Shown one piece after another: positions 12,553 through 25,879 of a DNA stretch of 64,000 nt; within the stretch, counting starts at the first letter, position 1; each line of letters starts with the position of its first letter. A program made the translations under genes and the position numbers. The DNA comes from Octopus sinensis. Taxonomy: Eukaryota. Location of the stretch: NCBI RefSeq assembly GCF_006345805.1, contig NC_043002.1, forward strand, positions 16,988,001-17,052,000. The letters run 5' to 3'. A model generated the notes under the pieces. That model did not search any database and was not told the origin of the DNA. It worked only from the letters and a program-made list of their open reading frames with translations.

Positions 12553-15500
12553 CTCATTTAGAAAATATTGACGTTTAGCTCACAGGTGATCTAAACGACT
12601 AGGTACGCTAAGTAAGTCTTGTAACGGATTACTGTTGCTCCAAGGTTATAGCCGATATGGTAATTATGGAGCCATTGTAGCGGATATATAATAGTTAAAG
12701 ATGACCAAAAATTTAAGATAAGTTAATCATCTCAAGTCATATACATTATTATTATTGGAAAAAATTAACACAATTAACACTATCAGGTTTTGAAGCTGCA
12801 TGGATTTACGCAGGATTGCACCTAAGAATTTACGGACTTACTTCTATATTATCGGAAACTCTGAACTTTAATGATCCTTTTTTCAGAGGTGGGGGGAAGA
12901 AAGAATGCTTGGAAAAACCGAAAAGACTGAAAGAATGTGATTGAACCTTAGAAAGATAGATGTGTTTTCTACCTTTCTCTATACAGAATTATGAATGCAA
13001 AATTTAGAACCATTTCCTTAAAAACAAAATTATCAATGAAGAAGTCGACATAGTTCACTGTGCATTAGAAAAGGTATATAAATTTTATTGCACTTCAAGG
13101 TTTTAATCTTCAACATGAGAAGAACAACAACAGGTTAAATTTCACTCTACTTCTTTGCATATATGAACTCTTGCAAAAATGTCAACATCAATACTGCCCC
13201 TTTTGCACTTAAACACATACACAAGCGCGCGCACGTACCGAAACACACCCATACAAACACACACACACTACATAAATCTATGTAGCCTTTTCCAACAAAT
13301 AGTTGCTTGCTACTTTGCAAGCTAGTCATATCCTTACTATTGTGGTAAACGAAACAGAAGTTATTAATATGCGTATGTTCCGTTGAACAAACGAACATCA
13401 GAGACATATTCCGAACCACAGAGTCAGCATCGAAATACATTTTTTTTTTCTCTTCTAAAACACACATACCCTTCAATGCACTCAAAATAGCAGCTGAATA
13501 TTGAGCGCACCAGAACACACGGGGATGTCTGTGTTTTATACTGCACCAGAAATCTGAAAACGCTCATATGAAGGCACACAGTTTTTCATACAACATGCTG
13601 AAGTTTTTGGGAAATTGAGACTAAACAGTGACTCGTGGAAATATCGGCAATGTCGCATAATTATGACAGTTTGTACAGTGATAATGTGTAAGTTATAAGG
13701 CGGATTTGGAGTGGGCCTACAATTTCCACTGTCTCTGCATGCGTCTACATACGCGCGTGTTTTAAAACACTATTTTTCTAAGTTCTTCGGGAACGTTTAC
13801 TTTTTTTATCCATATGATAACGTCTTAGATATGCTTCTCACTTTAATTTCTTTGTTCCATCGCAGCTCAATTTTTGTTGCTTTTTTTTCTTCCACAAGCC
13901 CCATATAAGATATTAAATATAGCAAGGATAATGGATCGCTCGTTTGTCCGAAAAAGCTTAAAAGTAAATATAGAACAGGAGGATGCACTAAGTGACACTT
14001 TTTCATTATTCAAAAATAACAGACATGATAAAAATTGATTCATTTACATTTGCAATCACTGTTATTAATTAGCAAAACCGAAAACTGAAAATGACCTTCC
14101 CCAGAAATATTAGCCGTAGACATGTTGAAGACAATGACGGCCACAACAGTATCGTGACAAATAACAGTTTTCCCATCGCGCCGCATAAATAATGGGTGTT
14201 GTAGCTTCCGATACCAGCAGCAGAGGCTGCAAATTTAGCACCAACATCAATGGTACGGAAAATAATTTCGCAACATTAACAACAAACTCCACACGTCCTC
14301 CATAGCTACTACAAATACCACACCGACAACCACGGCCGCAACAGTTTTCCCATGAAAGTAATTAAATAACTGTTTCTTATCAAGAAAAAAACAAAGTCTT
14401 ATTTCACGGACGAGTATGTGGGGATATCGTGGGGCCGAGAATAATATTTTTCCTGCAGAGAATCTATCGAAATTAGTGAGTACAATTGTAACTAAAAACA
14501 CCCAGGCATATTACCAATGTCGGTTTAAGACTGCGCAGCACATCAGAAAGAAATATATCATATCGCAGAAGAGTTTCTGCATTGCATACACTTCACGTTA
14601 GGTGAAACCTATCTCTATCAGTACACGGACGTCACCCGCACAAAGAATGATTGTGTAACTGGAGTATAACTTAGATTGGAATGAGATAACTCAGGAGGAA
14701 TAAGATAAAATCGTAAGTATCAATAGAATTAGTCAGAGATATTACAACCCATAATGCTACTGATAATGGTGAATGGCACTACTTGGCTTAACTGTTATCA
14801 AGTTTCCATCATTTTCAAATGTTAGAATTGGAACTAGTGCACGTTATGTCATAGTTATATCATTATTGTTTTTGAGAATTGAACCGAAATCTGCAACATA
14901 TCTCTTCAACTTAATACAAACTTATATTTACAAAATATAAAAAAAATATCGAGGAGACAATGTAGAAAATCAAAAGTAGATGCGGATATATCCGTATCGT
15001 GGTATGTGATCCCTTCCACAAATATTTCCCTTCTTGAGCAGAGTAAGAAAAATATGGCTCATATTTATCTAACTATACAAATATTTCAATTGTTTAGATC
15101 TATAGCGTCGACATTAGTACTGCCTGTGTAAAATAGGCTTTTGACATACTTATTGAATATAAGACACTAAAATAATATACGAAACATCAAACCAACATTG
15201 TCTTCGAAATTCTTTCACAAGTCTATAGAGAGCAGAAAGATATTCTTAATTTCCTTTGGGGATTTCCTGTGAAGAAAAACAGGAAATCCTGACACTGTAC
15301 TGATATTATTTATATGCCAAATATTTGAAATACTTATGGAATAAGCTTTGATATTGTGCACTGATTATACGAACACATCGAAACACAATATAAAACTTAC
15401 TCATCAAAATACCTTAGGAGCCATTTACTATATCTGCTAGTAGAAGTAAATCCTCTCATATCAAAAGAGAAATAGTGATCACAAACACAATTAATTCGCT

Positions 15501-15637
15501 ACCGCATATTCTTCAATATAACACAATCTAACGGTAAAGTGTGATATATAAGTTTAATCGTATGTCCTAGTGTACACTAGAAACGTAGATAGCATTTCGC
15601 CATAATTTACAATTCTAAAGTACATGCAGACACACGC

Positions 15638-15695
<58 letters not shown>

Positions 15696-15736
15696 ATATA
15701 TATATATACACGCACCCGCACACACTCACACGTATG

Positions 15737-15780
<44 letters not shown>

Positions 15781-15794
15781 GCATCAGCTGTCAT

Positions 15795-16735
15795 GTGCAA
15801 GAGAGACGATTGCGCTGGTATGGTCATGTGGCGAGAATGGATGAAGATAGGTGTGTGAAAAAGTGCCAATCCCTAGAATTTGAGGGAACGCGTGGAAGAT
15901 GTAGACCCAGGAAAACATGGGACGAGGTGGTGAAGCACGAGCTTCGAACTTTAGGCCTCACTGAGGCAGTGACCAGCGACCGAGACCAGGCAGGACAAGT
16001 GAGTCCAGCCCACTTATGCATGTCTTTCCTCCCTTGGACACAGAAAGACCTGTTGAGGCAAGCGAAGTCGAAATCGAACCTCATCCGACGACAGGCACCC
16101 ATGCCAACCTCACTTCATTGGACACTAAACTCTGCTTGCGAAGACCTGTTGGGGCAAGTGAAATCGAAATCGGAATCGAAATTGAACCAATCCTATGACT
16201 GGCACTCGGTAGTTGCCAGGACCGCTCGACTGACTCCTGTGCAGGTGGCAAGTGAAGAAACACCATTTCGACCCTATGCTTCAGGAGATCCATTGAGTCT
16301 AGTACACCGACATCAAAATCGATGGAAACTGCAGTTGTGATCCCTGAGCCGGTGGCACGTAAAAAGCGCTATCCGAATCGTGACCGATGCCAGTGCCGCC
16401 TTGAATGGCTTCCGTGCCGGTGGCACGTAAATAGCACCATCTGAATCGTGGCAGATGCAAGTGCCGCATCGACTGGCTTCCGTGCCGGTGGCACGTAAAA
16501 TGCACCAATCCGATCGTGGCCGTTGCCAGCCTCGCCTGGCACCTGTGCAGGTAGCGCGTAAAAAGCACCCACTAAACTCACGGAGTGGTTGGCGTTAGGA
16601 AGGGCATCCAGCTGTAGAAACACTGCTAGATCAGACTGGAGCCTGGTGCAGCCTTCTGGCTTCCCTTCCCAGATCCCCGGTCGAACCGTCAAACCCATGC
16701 TAGCATGGAGAATGGACGTTAAACGTTGATGATGA

Positions 16736-16738
<3 letters not shown>
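15795..16738 (+). mobile_element. RTE-clade LINE 3' end with long repetitive 3' UTR ending in (GAT)n
   Basis: [22 protein letters not shown]...GTRGRCRPRKTWDEVVK is the typical RTE C-terminus; UTR has tandem units with gccggtggcacgtaaa and the tail ggttggcgttaggaagggcatccagctgtagaaac. Confidence 0.85.
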
Positions 16739-16793
<55 letters not shown>

Positions 16794-16947
16794 ACTTTGA
16801 AAACGCCACTATATAGGATCAATTTTAATTTTCGTAGAGATTTTACGTTTCGGTTCTTGAAAAACGAACAGTATCAAGTTAAGTGTAAATAAAAAATTTC
16901 ATATTTGTTTCTTACTAGTCTCAACAGAGTACACATGGTGGTATTTT

Positions 16948-17180
16948 GGCGGCGAGCTGGCAGAGTGGTTAGCACGCCGGGCGAAATGCTTACCAATATT
17001 TCGACGGCCGCTACGTTCTGAGTTCAAATTCCGCCGAGGTCGACTTTGCCTTTCATCCTTTCGGGGTCGATAAATTGAGTACCAGTTACGCACTGGGGTT
17101 GATGTATTAGACTTAATCCGTTTGTCTGTCCTTGTTTCACCTCTCTGTGTCTAGCCCCTTGTGGGTAGTAAAGAAATAGG
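16948..17180 (+). mobile_element. tRNA-derived SINE with CORE-like central domain (octopus OR-type)
   Basis: A box (tggcagagtggttagc), B box (gagttcaaattcc), then gccgaggtcgactttgcctttcatcctttcggggtcgataaattgagtaccagt. Confidence 0.8.
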
Positions 17181-17181
17181 T

Positions 17182-17300
17182 ATTTTGTGGGGGGAAGTAT
17201 ATGGCTCTGTTGTGCGTTGGCTAGAATCGTGTACTTTCACAATTACAGCCAACGATTCTAGTCAACGCACAAGTTAGCCATTATACTTCCCACACAAAAC
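17182..17300. repeat. ~120-bp imperfect palindrome (MITE remnant)
   Basis: gggaagtatatggct..gtgcgttggctagaatcgt / acgattctagtcaacgcac..agccattatacttccc. Confidence 0.7.
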
Positions 17301-17700
17301 ACTTATCGAATGTGTTCACCTCTCGCTTTTTGTCAGTGGACCTAATATGAAGAGACAGGAAATATATTCCACTTGGTGTGCGCTGTATCTAGAAATTGCA
17401 GCCAAATTACAATAATGATATTTCATTCAACAATGTGATATACTAGTATTTCCTTAGTAATTTTTGTGATTCTAACATTACTGGTATAACACCCTCAATT
17501 ATACATACTTATATATTCACTATATTATAAGAGCTTGTTTACTTCCTGACTAAAGAAAATTGTATACACCCCAACTACACAAATTTATAAACACCCCCAC
17601 TTATGCAAAATTATTCACACACTTCGTTATAGAATGTTATATACACAATCGACTACACAAGCTTATGTAAGTACTACACATATACATTATTGATATTAAT

Positions 17701-17734
<34 letters not shown>

Positions 17735-17765
17735 ATGAATATACGTATATATCTATATCAATATC

Positions 17766-17838
<73 letters not shown>

Positions 17839-18129
17839 TTATGTATATATATATTAGGTATATGAATATGTATACAGTCTTGATTATACAAATACATATA
17901 CATCATCAGGTATACAAATATTTGCAGATTTCCATCTCTGCGTACTTTTATAAACACTCAGATTTCCAAATTTGTTGCCATATTTGTTGTACAAATTTGT
18001 ATACACTGATTGTATGTATACGCAGTTATAATTTTTTTTATTGTTAGTTGCTGCCAAATGTAACTGCACTTGCGCGGTGGATTTGAAAAATTACAATGTA
18101 TAAGTATATAGCACGTGTATTCTCGCTAC

Positions 18130-18667
18130 TCTTTCGTTCATCTTCCCACACAGCCTTACACTCAACATGGAAGCCTTCATCGTGTGCATGGGGCAGGTAG
18201 TGCTGTACTGGATGCATAGGCTCCTGGAAGACCCTATGTCTCGCAACAGGACTCTGAACCATTGCACACAAGCAAGATAACAAAATTATGACGGAAAGAC
18301 ATTTTCGGTGACCTCATCATCCCTACCACCTGGCCGCCGAACTTCCCAGACAGCAAATCCCTTCATTATTATGTCTGGGGCGCAGTTGTGTGAGAGATCA
18401 GCAAAACCCCTTCTAACTCAGAAGATGAAGCGAAGGCACAGATTATGGCAGTACTCACTCTCTTAAACAAGGAGACCATCTAGAAGAGTTACAGGAGATA
18501 CCGAAGTCGTCTGGAGGCTGCGGTTGAAACCAATGGCGATTTTATTGAATAAATTTACTCCTCAGTATCTCAAAATGTTTTACTGCAACCTTAGTAAAAT
18601 GAGATGTCAAAACGAGATGTAAATTTTAAATTCATTTTCGTGTAAAAGTTTTATTCACCGCACCCTG
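18130..18667 (+). mobile_element. Degenerate Tc1/mariner transposase C-terminus plus right TIR
   Basis: WPPNFPDSKSLHYYVWGAV...RSRLEAAVETNGDFIE* matches WPP.SPDLNP.DY.VWG and ..EA.GGHFE; stops and frameshifts; terminus tttattcaccgcaccctg. Confidence 0.85.
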
Positions 18668-18716
18668 CAAATACATGCACACACACACATATATATATAT
18701 GCATATATATAAATAC

Positions 18717-18769
<53 letters not shown>

Positions 18770-19289
18770 TATGTGTGTGTGTGTGTGTGTATGTATTATT
18801 ATAATTTTTAGGGTATATTACTTCCAACTACGCAGAAAAAAGATATTCAAATTAGATTTACTAAGATATCTCTCAATGTTTAACTCGTGTGTATAATATA
18901 AAAGTAATTTGGGAGACAGAACGACCTTCACCTCAACTAACACTGAACATTTTTATGCCCACCGCTCCATAAAAAGTTTCAAATTAAATCTTATACTAAA
19001 TATATCTATATCTGTATTTTCCGTTTATAAGACTACACGTGTTTCATGAAAGTACGTGGGTATTGATTAGATACGAGGTATCTAGTTTTAATACTTAGCC
19101 GGGTCGACATACTCCCAATCTTCAGGTCAGGATTCCTCAACATTTTTCACTATCCCTATCTCTTATATCCTTCCATGATACTCTATATCTTATATATAAT
19201 CTTTCTTAACATGAACAAATGAATAGAAATACAAATAATAACTAAATATAATATTCGGTCTGTTGTAGGTGCGAAGTAAAACAATAATA

Positions 19290-19301
19290 ATGATAATAAC
19301 A

Positions 19302-19395
<94 letters not shown>

Positions 19396-19396
19396 T
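19290..19396. repeat. (AAT)n microsatellite followed by (GATA)n/(GATT)n to ~19485
   Basis: Direct reading of the sequence. Confidence 0.95.
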
Positions 19397-19714
19397 CATA
19401 TATATATATATATTGATAGATAGATAGATTGATTGATTGATTAATTGATTAATTGATTGATTGATTGACTGACTGATTGATTGATACGGCTCTGTCTTTG
19501 TAGTTAAAAAATATGATAAGTCGTACTAAATACTACCAAGAAAATATTACCTGAAATTTAAATACAACAACTGTCTAGTAAAATAACGTATCATTCAATA
19601 TATTCCTTTTCTCTTAAAGGATTTTGCGAGTGAATCACCCCGCCCCAATAAGAATAAATTTAAAATAACGACATCACATAAAACCAGTGTTAAATTCACC
19701 TTTGTTTCACTCAA

Positions 19715-20019
19715 GATCCGTTTGGATAAATTTCATCAAATTGCAGCAATGAAACTATAATAATACTAATATAAATTACAATTAGAATGATTGCCAATGT
19801 TTGCTCAACACATCAAACGTTCTAATATTTAAATTTGGCTGACTTTTTATACCGCTATAATCCGTCATTTAAAGTGTCTACTTTTACAATAATCATATTA
19901 GGATGTTAGCTTGTATGGTAAGACAATTCTCAAGTGAAGAAAATCCTTCTTCTTGGAAGGTGTATTAGATTGTTATAATTTCTTTGCTGCAATTTATTGA
20001 AATTTATTCAAACGATACT
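19715..20019. mobile_element. ~305-bp old MITE-like element with ~50-bp imperfect TIRs
   Basis: cgtttggataaatttcatcaaattgcagcaatgaaactataat versus ttataatttctttgctgcaatttattgaaatttattcaaacg. Confidence 0.6.
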
Positions 20020-20844
20020 TTCATGAAATTGCCGCTAATTTAACACAATGATCATTGGCTTTACGCAATGGCGTTTTACATCAGTAGAATTCTTTGTATT
20101 TCTTGGAATTCTTTCGCATGATCCTTTCAAGAAATAGGGGCATATAGAAAGAAACACTATTTTGCTGCACCATTTTGCATTTAGACTTGAGAGAATATTT
20201 TCTTGTAACAATTTACCCGTAGTAAAGCAAAATTGCTTATTTAATTTTGAACAATCTAATCAATCTAATCAATCTAATCAATCTAAAAATGTGATCAGAG
20301 CACCTTAAATACAAACAAATTAATTTAGCTGTGCAAGAATGGCAGTTCAGTGAGGGAAAATACTGAAGAGAATCGATTGTACAATAATCTAATGTACCAT
20401 TTTGCTCAGTTTGTTATACGGGAGCATTTTAAATTTCGGATGATAAAGACATTATGTTGAGATTGATTTACAACTTTCTACAATGTGTCATGAATTTGTA
20501 AACATCATTTGCTATATTAAGGCTTTTCTTTCTTGGTTTGTTCTTCTATATGTGTGTATATACATGCACATATAAAAAGATATACATAGATGCGAATATA
20601 TACATTGGCGTTAGGTAGGACATACAGCTGTAGAAACCATACTAACTTATACCATAATCTGCTCTGTATGCTTGCAGAACTATAGTGGGTAGACGACGGA
20701 ATCTTCGGAAAAGAGCGACGAGGCAGAAACGGAATAAATATTGGCAGCAATAAGAGTGACGCACTTGTAGTGAACAGCTAGCACCGTAGTACATCTCCAG
20801 TGTTAGAAGCTGTAGAAAGACAATACATAATAATAATAATAATA

Positions 20845-20902
<58 letters not shown>

Positions 20903-21066
20903 TAATAATATATTATTGTTTATTATTATTATCTATTATCAGTATTATTGTTATTATTATTATCATTATTATTGTTGTCGTTGCTGTTGTTATTATTGTT
21001 ATTGTTAGCATCATCATCATCGTTATTACTATTATTATTATTGTTATTATTATTATTATTGTTATT

Positions 21067-24000
21067 CAGTAGTTTTATTTTTATAGCGTGCTTTCACTTC
21101 ACTACCGAGCGCAGCTCTGTGTGCATTGGGTATGTGCTGTGATTTGTTGTGATGCTCTGATGGTTATTGTATGGAAAGTGTTCTGCGTAGGGTGTGTGCA
21201 GTGCCTAGTAGTGCAATTTTCTGTATGTTATATGTGTTTGTAAGTCCTGGTGCTTTTGTTATGTATTTGTCTGAATATTTTTTTATCATGCCTAATGCAC
21301 CTACTATGATAAGAATTGTTTCTGTTTTCAGATTCCACATTCTAGTTACCTCTATTTCCAGGTCTTTGTATTTTGAGAGTTTCTCCATTTCTTTTAGAGA
21401 CCCGTTGTCATCTGCCGGTATTGATACATCAATTAGAAAGCATTTTTTTCTTCATGAACTCTGACAACTATATCTGGTCTGTTGGCCTTAATTTCTCTAT
21501 CTGTGTGTATCGGCATATCCCAGAGTATGGTTGCTTTCTCGTTTTCTGTGACCTTTTCTGGTGTGTGCCTATACCATCTTTTTTCTGTTGTTATTCCATA
21601 ATGTTGGCATAGCTTCCAATGTATGTAGGTTCCAACTCTGTCATGTCTGTGAATATATTTCTTCTTAGCCAGGGCTGGGCAGCTAGAGATAATATGATTT
21701 ATTGTTTCTTGTCCATCTCCACATATTCTGCAGTTACTTGTTATATTTCTTTTCATTACATGTTTTTGGTAATTTCTGGTGGGGAGGCTTTGGTCTTGTG
21801 CTGCAATTAAAAATCCCTCTGTTTCTGCTTTGAGTCCTGAGCTTCCCAACCATTGCTGGGATTTTTCTTTGTCTATTTCTTTTGCATTCAGTTTATCCCA
21901 GTACTTGACATGAAGGGGCTTTTCTTGCCATCGTTTTATCATGGTTCGTTGTTGTCCTATTTTAGTTTGGATTTCATTTGTTTTATAGCTTTTGCTGTTT
22001 CTTCTTCTTCTTCTTCTTCTTCTTCTTCTTCTTCTTCTCCTTCTTCTTCTTCTTCTTCTTCTTCTTCTTCTTCTTCTTCTTCTTCTTCTTCTTCTTCTTC
22101 TTCTTCTTCATGTTTATTAGGTGGTATGATTTCTTGTTTGTATTTGTCAGCTTCCTTAAATACTGAGAACAGTTTTTTGTTTTGCTCGTGTTTTGCCGCT
22201 ATCTGGATCAGTTTTCCTTCCTTCTGAAGTAGATATTTTTGCAGTCCTATGGTGGTTATTTTATAGTAGTTTTCCAGCTGTATAAGGCCTCTACCACCTT
22301 CTATATGTTGTATATATAATCTTTCTATGTCAGATTTTGGGTGATGCATCCTAGATCCTGTCATTATTTTTCTTGTTTTCCTATCTATTTTGGTCAGTTC
22401 ATTACGTGTCCAGTTAAGGATATTGTAGCTGTAACTTATAACTGGGACAGCTAAAGTGTTGATACCTATTATCTTGTTTTTAGCATTGAGCTCTGTTTTT
22501 AGTATTGATCTAACTCGTCTATAATATTCTTTTTTTATTTTCTCTTTCATTTGTGTGTGTTGCGTCTTATCTAGTTCATGGATTCCTAAGTATTTGTAAG
22601 TTTGGCTTTGGTCTAATTCTTTTATTTCATTGGTTTTATCTAGTGTGTTGTTGTTACTCTTAACTAGTTTTCCTCTTTTCATGGTTACTTTGGCGCATTT
22701 TTCTAATCCAAATTTCATATCTATTTCTTTGGTAAATCCATGAACTGTATTTAATAGTGTTTCCAGCTGTTTGTCATTTGCAGCGTATAGTTTTAGGTCA
22801 TCTATATATAAAAGGCGGCTGATCGTTTTGCCGTAACATTTATATCCGCATCCAGTTCTATTTAGCATATCAGATAGAGGTGACAGCGCCAAGCAGAAAA
22901 GGAGTGGAGAGAGCGTGTCTCCCTGGAATATTCCTCTTCTAATGGGGATGTCTTTGGTTTTCATGAGTCCGTCTTTTGTTTGGAGGTGTAGGACTGTTTG
23001 CCATTTATTCATAGAGTGCTCTATGAATCTTATGATTGCTGGTGCTACTTTGTTAATGGCTAGTGTTTCGAGGATCCATGTGTGGGGGATGCTATCAAAC
23101 GCCTTTTTGTAGTCAATCCAGGCCATACTGAGGCCTTTCTTCTTTCTGTGGCTGTCTTCAGTTATGGCTTTATTAATCATTAGTTGATCTTTACAGCCAT
23201 ATGAGCCTTTGCGGCATCCTTTCTGCTCTTCTGGGAACAGTTTGTTTTCGTCCAGGTGCTTGTTCAGCCTTTGCGATATCACTGCAGTAAATGCTTTGAA
23301 CATAGTAGGGAGGCAGGTTATTGGTCTGTAGTTTTCTGGTTTTGCTGTTTCATTTGATTTGGGAATTAAGATGGTTTTCCCCTTCGTGAGCCATTCAGGA
23401 ATTGTCTCTGGCTCTGCTAGTATGTTGTTAAAGTTTTCAGCCAGCTTTTTGTGCATTCCTGTTAGATATTTCAACCAGAAGTTGGGGATCTTGTCATGCC
23501 CGGGTGCCTTCAAGTTGCTTAGTCTTTGCAGTGCCTGGGTGACCTCTTCAGTTGTTATGGAGGTCCAAAGTTGTTCAGATGCCGAGTTTGTTATTTTGAT
23601 ACTCCTTTTTTTTTTTGGTGGTTCGTTCGCCGACCATATTTCTCTACAGAATTCTTCCAATTCGTCTGCCGTTGGTGCTGCAGTGACTTCTATTTTATTT
23701 TTGCCAAGTTCTTGGTAGAACTTTTTGGAGCTTGAGTTGAATTTTTTGTTTTGTTCAAAGAAGCGTTGGCGTTTCTCGTACCGGCGGATCCTTTGTGCTT
23801 TGGCAAGGATATCTTGCTTCAGCTGTTCTTTTATCTCAGGCAAATCTTTCTCTGTGATGTTATATTTGCGGAGTTTTTTTGTTTTCTTTTTATTGCTCAG
23901 TAGTGTTGATTGTTTGCTGATTTCATTAAGAATCGACAGGTCTTTTCTAATTTCTTTTAATTTTGTTTTGGATGTTATTTATCCACAGGGTTTGTTTGGT

Positions 24001-24960
24001 TGGTGGTACTCCTGTTTGGGCGGGTTTGAGTGAGTATCCAGCTTCTTTTGTGGCTGCAGTGGCTGCTGCGTATATTAAGTCATTTAGCTCAGTGATATCA
24101 CTTTTTTTGTTTCAGTGGCTATTAGTTCCGTGACGGTTAGGTTTATGCTGTTTATAATTGCTGTTGTTATTTCGTTTATTTTGATTTTTGGGAGGTATGG
24201 TCGGTGGTCCATTTTGAGCTCTGTGGTTTTCAATTCTTTGATTATTTTATTTTTTATATTATCATAATCATTAGGCTCCCCTTCGTTGTTTACATCGTGT
24301 TTGTTGGAAATGTTGCGTTTGTCTTCGTGTTTTACAGTTTCAGTGTTTATATTATTGGGCATTGTTGTGTGGCTTCTATCTACATTTTCCTGGTGTATTC
24401 TTTCTTTTAGATGTTCTATTTCTATTTCTGATATTGTTTTTGTGTTGAGAATGTATCTTCATACGTTAGCTAATTTATTAGGGTTCATTGCTGTATCCAA
24501 GTCTATATCTCTTTTATTTTCCTTCCATATTTTATATGTATGTGTTGTTGTATTTTCATTTTTTGGGTAGAGCACTGCTGTGAAGTATGCGTGTAAGATA
24601 GAAATGTATTCCTCACGTGTCCATTTACGTCTTTTGGGTTTTATTTGCGGGACATGAGGTACAACGTCCGGCCCATTATTTTGACGGTCGTCATTTTCGT
24701 AGGGTACCGGTCTGTTTATTTCTGTTGTCACATTATTTCGCACGTGTAGTTTTTCGTACATTTTTTGTTGTAAGTTTAATGTACGTACCGCTCGATTGTT
24801 ATTCTTTGGTTGAATAGTATCGGTGGCATTTAATATCTTCGTAGTTTTTTTGTACATGGTGTTTGGGGTCGGGGATGATCGTGATGTTCCACGCATGTTT
24901 ACATGTGTTGTGTTAGAGGTGGAGATGATATCGAGTCAAAATACATCATTTCGTTTCGAA
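21067..24960 (-). mobile_element. Nearly full-length R4/Dong-clade non-LTR retrotransposon (Myb-like, RT, CCHC, RLE), inactivated
   Basis: N-terminal RRKWTREEY (Myb-like); 628-aa open RT segment 21957-23843 (APGHD, NYRPITCL, WIDYKKAFDS, GIFQGDTLSP, YIDDLKLY); CRICG...HIISSC; RPDIVV...KEMEKLSKYKDL; nonsense at ~24460, frameshifts near 24100, 23950, 21960 and 21445; (TTA)n on the plus strand at both ends. Confidence 0.95.
21957..23843 (-). pseudogene. Reverse transcriptase segment of the Dong/R4 element, with in-frame poly-Glu
   Basis: Supplied 628-aa ORF with the non-LTR RT motifs; (GAA)n at ~22000-22110. Confidence 0.9.
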
Positions 24961-24984
24961 AATAGTAATAAATTATTATTATTA

Positions 24985-25057
<73 letters not shown>

Positions 25058-25098
25058 TTATCATTATTAATATTTTATATATATATATATTATATATA

Positions 25099-25136
<38 letters not shown>

Positions 25137-25879
25137 TCTGAGACTGATACATAGCAGCACGTACCGAGATGGAATCTCCAAATTTTAAATAATTCCATTT
25201 TATAAATGCTCAGTCACTTCATTGGAGCAACAGCGAATATACGAAGGAAGAAGATTTAAACCCTACTTGAACGGTTAATATGTAATTTCTTTGACGCACA
25301 TACACATTTGTACTTACTACCATGAGTAAACAAGCTGTTATAAATTATTTAAGTAATTATGGCCCATATGTTTTTTATCTCACTTCTATAATATGCTTTA
25401 AAATGTCGGAGTCGCAAGACTATTGATGAGTAGCACCCGAGGAATCAAACAGATTTTCAAAAAAGTGCTTTAGTACATTGCTTTTGTCAAATAGAACTAG
25501 GGCTTTGATTGCGTTGCGATGAATACAGTATTGAAAGCTCAGGGAATGCAAGATATCGATTCGCAATACACCAATCTATATCGCTTTCACTACTGATATA
25601 GCTCTGCTATCGCTACCAATAATGTAGCAATTTCACTAGGGAAGGGCATGACAGTAGCTCTTCCCCGAATGACTCTGATGACCATTTAAGGGCAATTATC
25701 GTGAAAATCAAGAACAACATGTAGACACGGACATTTGCTAAATGGTATGCTAAAGATAAAAGATGAACATTTGGGATGGGACAAATATGGAAATGAATGG
25801 CATAAACAAAAATGAATTTGAAGCACGTTTGGAACCCTTTTGAACAGCATCTGAGTCTGGTAAAACGTGTATACTCGAT

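Noticed and set aside
14110-14501. Overlapping hydrophobic minus-strand ORFs
   Set aside because: Low-complexity ACA/ACC-rich DNA with stops in the joined frame; no family recognised
16948-17040. tRNA-like sequences here and at 32397, 37330-37410, 50850-50931 and 63610-63696
   Set aside because: They have A and B boxes but no full cloverleaf and continue into SINE bodies, so they are SINE heads rather than tRNA genes
24897-24960. Search for an HDV-like ribozyme at the Dong 5' end and in the RTE-like fragment 25880-26190
   Set aside because: No nested double pseudoknot could be assigned by eye; a covariance-model search would be needed
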